Shown piece by piece: positions 59,797 through 64,000 of a DNA stretch of 64,000 bases. The position numbers and the translations under genes were made by a program. The stretch spans positions 23,250,001-23,314,000 of the forward strand of contig NW_025963802.1 in the NCBI RefSeq assembly GCF_023055435.1, in the 5' to 3' direction. The notes beneath the pieces are model-generated. The model was not told the origin of the DNA. It made no database searches and was given only the letters and a program-made list of their open reading frames with translations. Each line of letters begins with the position of its first letter. Positions within the stretch are counted from its first letter, which is position 1. This DNA is from Haliotis rufescens. Taxonomy: Eukaryota.

Positions 59797-62700
59797 CAGT
59801 GCGACATACTGTGTGTTCTACGTCTGCTGGCAGGTGTGCCCAGAAATGTACTGCTTCACGTTTAAGAAAAATAATTACACCAACTATTAGAGCTTTATGT
59901 GCTGTAAATACAGAACCACACGAGACCTGCAAGCAGGTATGTGGCTAGATCACACAACCTGATGAAATATATTACAGTCAATTACATGGCGCGTAAAGAT
60001 AACAGTGTACGTGTAGCCTTTACGGTGTGAAATCTGCATCACATCAACACGCTGTTTACATGTGTTTTGCATATGCGGCAATGTTGGGAAATAGGGGTAA
60101 TATGGTCAAAACATGTGCAGATATTAACATGAGAACATTTTTGTCATAAAAAAATCATGTAAAGCCTGTTTTCATATTGATGTATTTAATACTGTAAACT
60201 GGGGCGATAGACATAGAACTGCTATAAACACGGCCATGTCTGCTTATTGTTTTATATGAATGTGATAGGATGAACTGGTATCAAGTTCTCAAACGTCGGT
60301 ACACATTTGTGTTAGGGACGACACAGAATCTATAATGTAAAAAGATCAATAATATTAATATTATTAGCATAATTACTGTTATCAGTCTCGTCATGCTATA
60401 TCATTGAAATATTTTTCATATTTAGTATCATTTTTGTTTTCGAAATATTTTCAGTGTGTCTCATGCACGAAGTGTAATATCATATTATTAATTGAATATT
60501 CATCATACTTTTGTAATCGCCAATTGATTTGAAATCGTAAAATTACATTTAATAATCCAATTTTTTTAAGACTTTTGAAAGATACTGAAGAGACACTGGG
60601 CAGGTGTAATTTCGATCAGGACATTTGAAATATTAAAAGTATATGATAAACAAACAAAGAAATAAACAAACTGATTACGTCTAGTCGCGAAACAAAATAA
60701 CAAAACAAAGTAAGAGAAAAGGCATTGGGTTTAAATATTTAAAGGAACGGCGAAACTTGACTTACAGACAACCATAACTGGGGTAGCTTTTTTATATTAA
60801 TATTCTATTATTTGTTTTCATAAATTACATTTTTGTTTTCAAATTAAGGTGACCATGGTAACAGAACCTGAATTGTTTCAAGTCTACATTGGGCATGATC
60901 AGTCAAGACAGTATTTTACTGCAGTCGCTTTCTTGTCGTTTAAATAAACGTTATTTGTCGAACATCGACACACATTTAATTATTTCTAAATGGCTACATA
61001 ATGGAGTAGACTGCCTACCCCTATCACCCACCCCACCTGCGAGTCCCAACCCCACAGAACGGTATGCCTTGGGGGAGACGTTCTGTTTATGTACGCAGTG
61101 GCCCAACACATTCCGTGAGTTACGGATCTGCCCACATGTGCCGCCTGACCCTACGGTCGGGGAAGTGTCTTCATAACTGCCCGGGGGGTAAGGCGAGGGG
61201 TGAGAGATGCACGTGCAAGCGCGGATCAGTTTAGCTTGTCGGCAATTTCATGAATTTTTGTCCTTTCACAAAATTCGTGTTTTCTCCTGATTGATGGCTG
61301 GCTTGGCTCGGAATGAATGCTGGGGCAATCTCTAAGAGCGTCCATTTGTCAAATCTGATGCGACCGGGGGTGATACCATAGCGACGCGGTGGATGATGTA
61401 CTCACAACGGAAATTATATAATTTCGAAATGATAAGCCTTTCTAACGATATCCATTTCTGATTTAAACGAAAATATATGTTTTTGTCATTTATGATGTGA
61501 GAATTGATTGTGTCCATATGTTCAAAGGAGTTCATGTGCTGCACCTAGCGCTCCGTCCTTTCTGAAAATAAATAGAACTACCCTTGCTTGTTCTTCAAAT
61601 AATATTATAACTTGCCATATACATACGGTCTGCTTAGGTTACATCTTCTGTGATGTGTCATGATTATTTGTTTCAAATATATGCCATAAGAATTGTTTAA
61701 CGTGATACACTGACATATGAAAACCAGGATACTCGGACACACCGGAACACGGTATCACAAAACAAGCATGTCTCATTGTTTTCTAGTTGTAAATTCCAAT
61801 ATCAGCAGGATATTGTGTTGTGGGAAAAGCCTTTGAAATACACCGATAATTAGGATAGCCTATTGCAGAAACACAATCAAACAAGCTAGACATGTTATAG
61901 TCCATGGCGGACGCGGTTCAACCTGATGCTAGATAGCACCCTAATTACGTTGCCCTTGCATAATATCGACTTCCGTCAATTCCGTCTTCGCAGTAAGCCT
62001 GTTTGCGATTTAATCTTTGCTAAGAAACGTTAGGCTCTGTCTGTAGTAATCTGTAATTGCACAAATTAATTTTACTGTAGATAAATAGAATGAAGGCCAT
62101 ATGGCTGGGCCATCTACACGTGTGTTTTATTTCACTTATAGATGTATATAAAAGATTTATGTAATAAAACAATTCTTCTTCTGAATACTAAATGTCTTGC
62201 ATCAAGATGAAGAAGATTGCGTCGGGTTGCACTAATTATTTGTATTTTCTCAATTTTTGTTCATTTGTCTTTTATATTTTTAAGAGAATATCGCATTTTT
62301 ACAGTAATACGTGTTCTCCTAACAAAACTAAAAATACACAAAAGCTATATTCCTCATCACAAAAAGGTTTATAGTGCGGAGCGTAAGGGGTTAATAAAGC
62401 ATATGCGATTCCAAATTGTTCTTGTGGCTACCACCATGAAGATGCGCTTCACTATTTCTTTACTTGTACCAACTACACTGGCACACGAAGAAACATGTAT
62501 TTTTACTCTAAAGGTTATGTTCTAAACGTTATTCGTTATGGAAATGCACATTTCCTTGCAAAGATTAAGTTTGAAATACTAAAATCTGTTCATAATTTCA
62601 TATCACCCTGGGGCAGATTGTCAAATTTTGTCCAAGTGCAAAAAAACTTGCACTCACATCTGATTTTTGCTGACAATGTTTTCCCTTAGCATGAACAGAG

Positions 62701-64000
62701 TCGACAACTGTTTTTTATGCAAAATAATCACCTTATTACTTACCCGTGACTGTACATAATAACTGATGACAGTGTATGACCACTGGAGCGGTATTAAGAT
62801 AAGCCTTTACTTGTTTACCAATCCAGCTTCACAGCTTATTTGTGAAATAAATATGTTTAAAATATATGCAATCCAACATAACAAGTGATAAATAAAAGCA
62901 GAGAATAACTAGAATTTAACACGTTGCAGGTTATCCAAGTTTGATAGTCTCCACATTTATATACTGAGTTCAATTGAATGTACAACACCATCTACAAAAG
63001 TCCATCACTTTTAATTATGGCCCACAAGTCATAGGTCCTTTCAAAGGATGTTAGGTTTTATCAAAACATAACATTGATATTGCACGAGCAATTTACACAT
63101 TGTTCCCAATACCACTGTTACCACTTTTATCAGCTAGACTCGTTCCTGCCAACATGTATATATAAATTGGTATTATCAAAATTATTTCAATTTAAAAAGA
63201 AAATTCAATTTTATTTTAAAATATCTATTACATGTGATTTCTATAGACTTTAACCTTTCTTTAAAATAAAGATTTGAAGAATTTAATTGTTCATAAATAT
63301 ATCCAAACCATAGTTTCATTGTTTGAATACTCCTTCCTCCCGAGCCCACAGTCCATCGCATACAACACTAACGGAGAGGTGGCAAAATATACGCAATATT
63401 TGCAGCATATAAAATCTTACATTCTACAATAAACCGACTTTTTTGCTAACGTAAATAAAAAAAATAATATCGTGAGAGTTGTTTTAAAATAAATGGGATT
63501 TTCTTTGTCTTCTTTGACTAGAACCAAGATGTGCTTGTCATATAAATGACGTTCTTTCAAATATTTTAGCATCGATTACACGTTCGAGATTTCATCACCA
63601 GTGTAAAAAGGCAGCCAGACAATGAAATATCCTGCTGTGTTTTCGGAATGTAAATAAAACACACTTTTCCTAATATACATGTATGTGATAAAGTTATATA
63701 AAGAAACGAAAGAATTTTAATATGTCCGCTGCTGCTTTGATGTCAAGGCAGAAGTAGCTCACACTGTTGATGCGCCTTCAGCTACCGTCCTAACTATAAT
63801 AAAATTCGTCAAGTATTATAAAGATATTACATTTCAGCCTGCTGTGTTGACTTTGATTTTAATTATGATTATTTGTGTAGGCAAACAAGTGGTGAACACA
63901 ACCCAACTGTCCTGCAGCGCGACCAGGGTACTTAGCATGCCACGGACCGTCTTGACCATGTATTGTTTACAAGTTATTTCTGTCTTGGGGGGTCTCTCAA

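Noticed and set aside
58007-59890. 548-609 aa ORFs as real genes
   Set aside because: Pure 30-bp tandem repeat open in three frames on two strands. The starts are non-ATG or inside the repeat and there are no unique domains.

Overview
Eukaryotic (invertebrate) genomic DNA, probably from a mollusc; the SINE content looks gastropod/abalone-like, but that is an inference. The only host gene I can support is a two-exon NK4 (tinman / NKX2-5 family) homeobox gene on the minus strand. Exon 1 is 20413-20068, the phase-1 intron is 18.5 kb, exon 2 is 1556-985, and the spliced product is 305 aa with a TN/eh1-like motif, Tyr54 homeodomain, NK2-SD, Tyr-rich segment and terminal GIRAW. The rest is intron plus about 43 kb of upstream sequence with no recognisable gene. 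It is packed with roughly a dozen unrelated minisatellite arrays, which explain all the long ORFs. It also holds a full-length but dead DD34E Tc1 transposon, a hAT-like MITE, two SINE-like families sharing a 3' tail, a decayed CR1-group LINE fragment and two N gaps. The most interesting leads are: (i) a SINE-like element with no tRNA head whose defined 5' end folds into a pseudoknotted, possibly ribozyme-like RNA; (ii) a 1.35-kb minisatellite whose unit contains the target site plus terminus of the adjacent hAT-like MITE; (iii) homotypic NK-site and GATA-site clusters and CTCF-like motifs that may form the NK4 regulatory landscape. There are no CRISPR arrays, rRNA or genuine tRNA genes.
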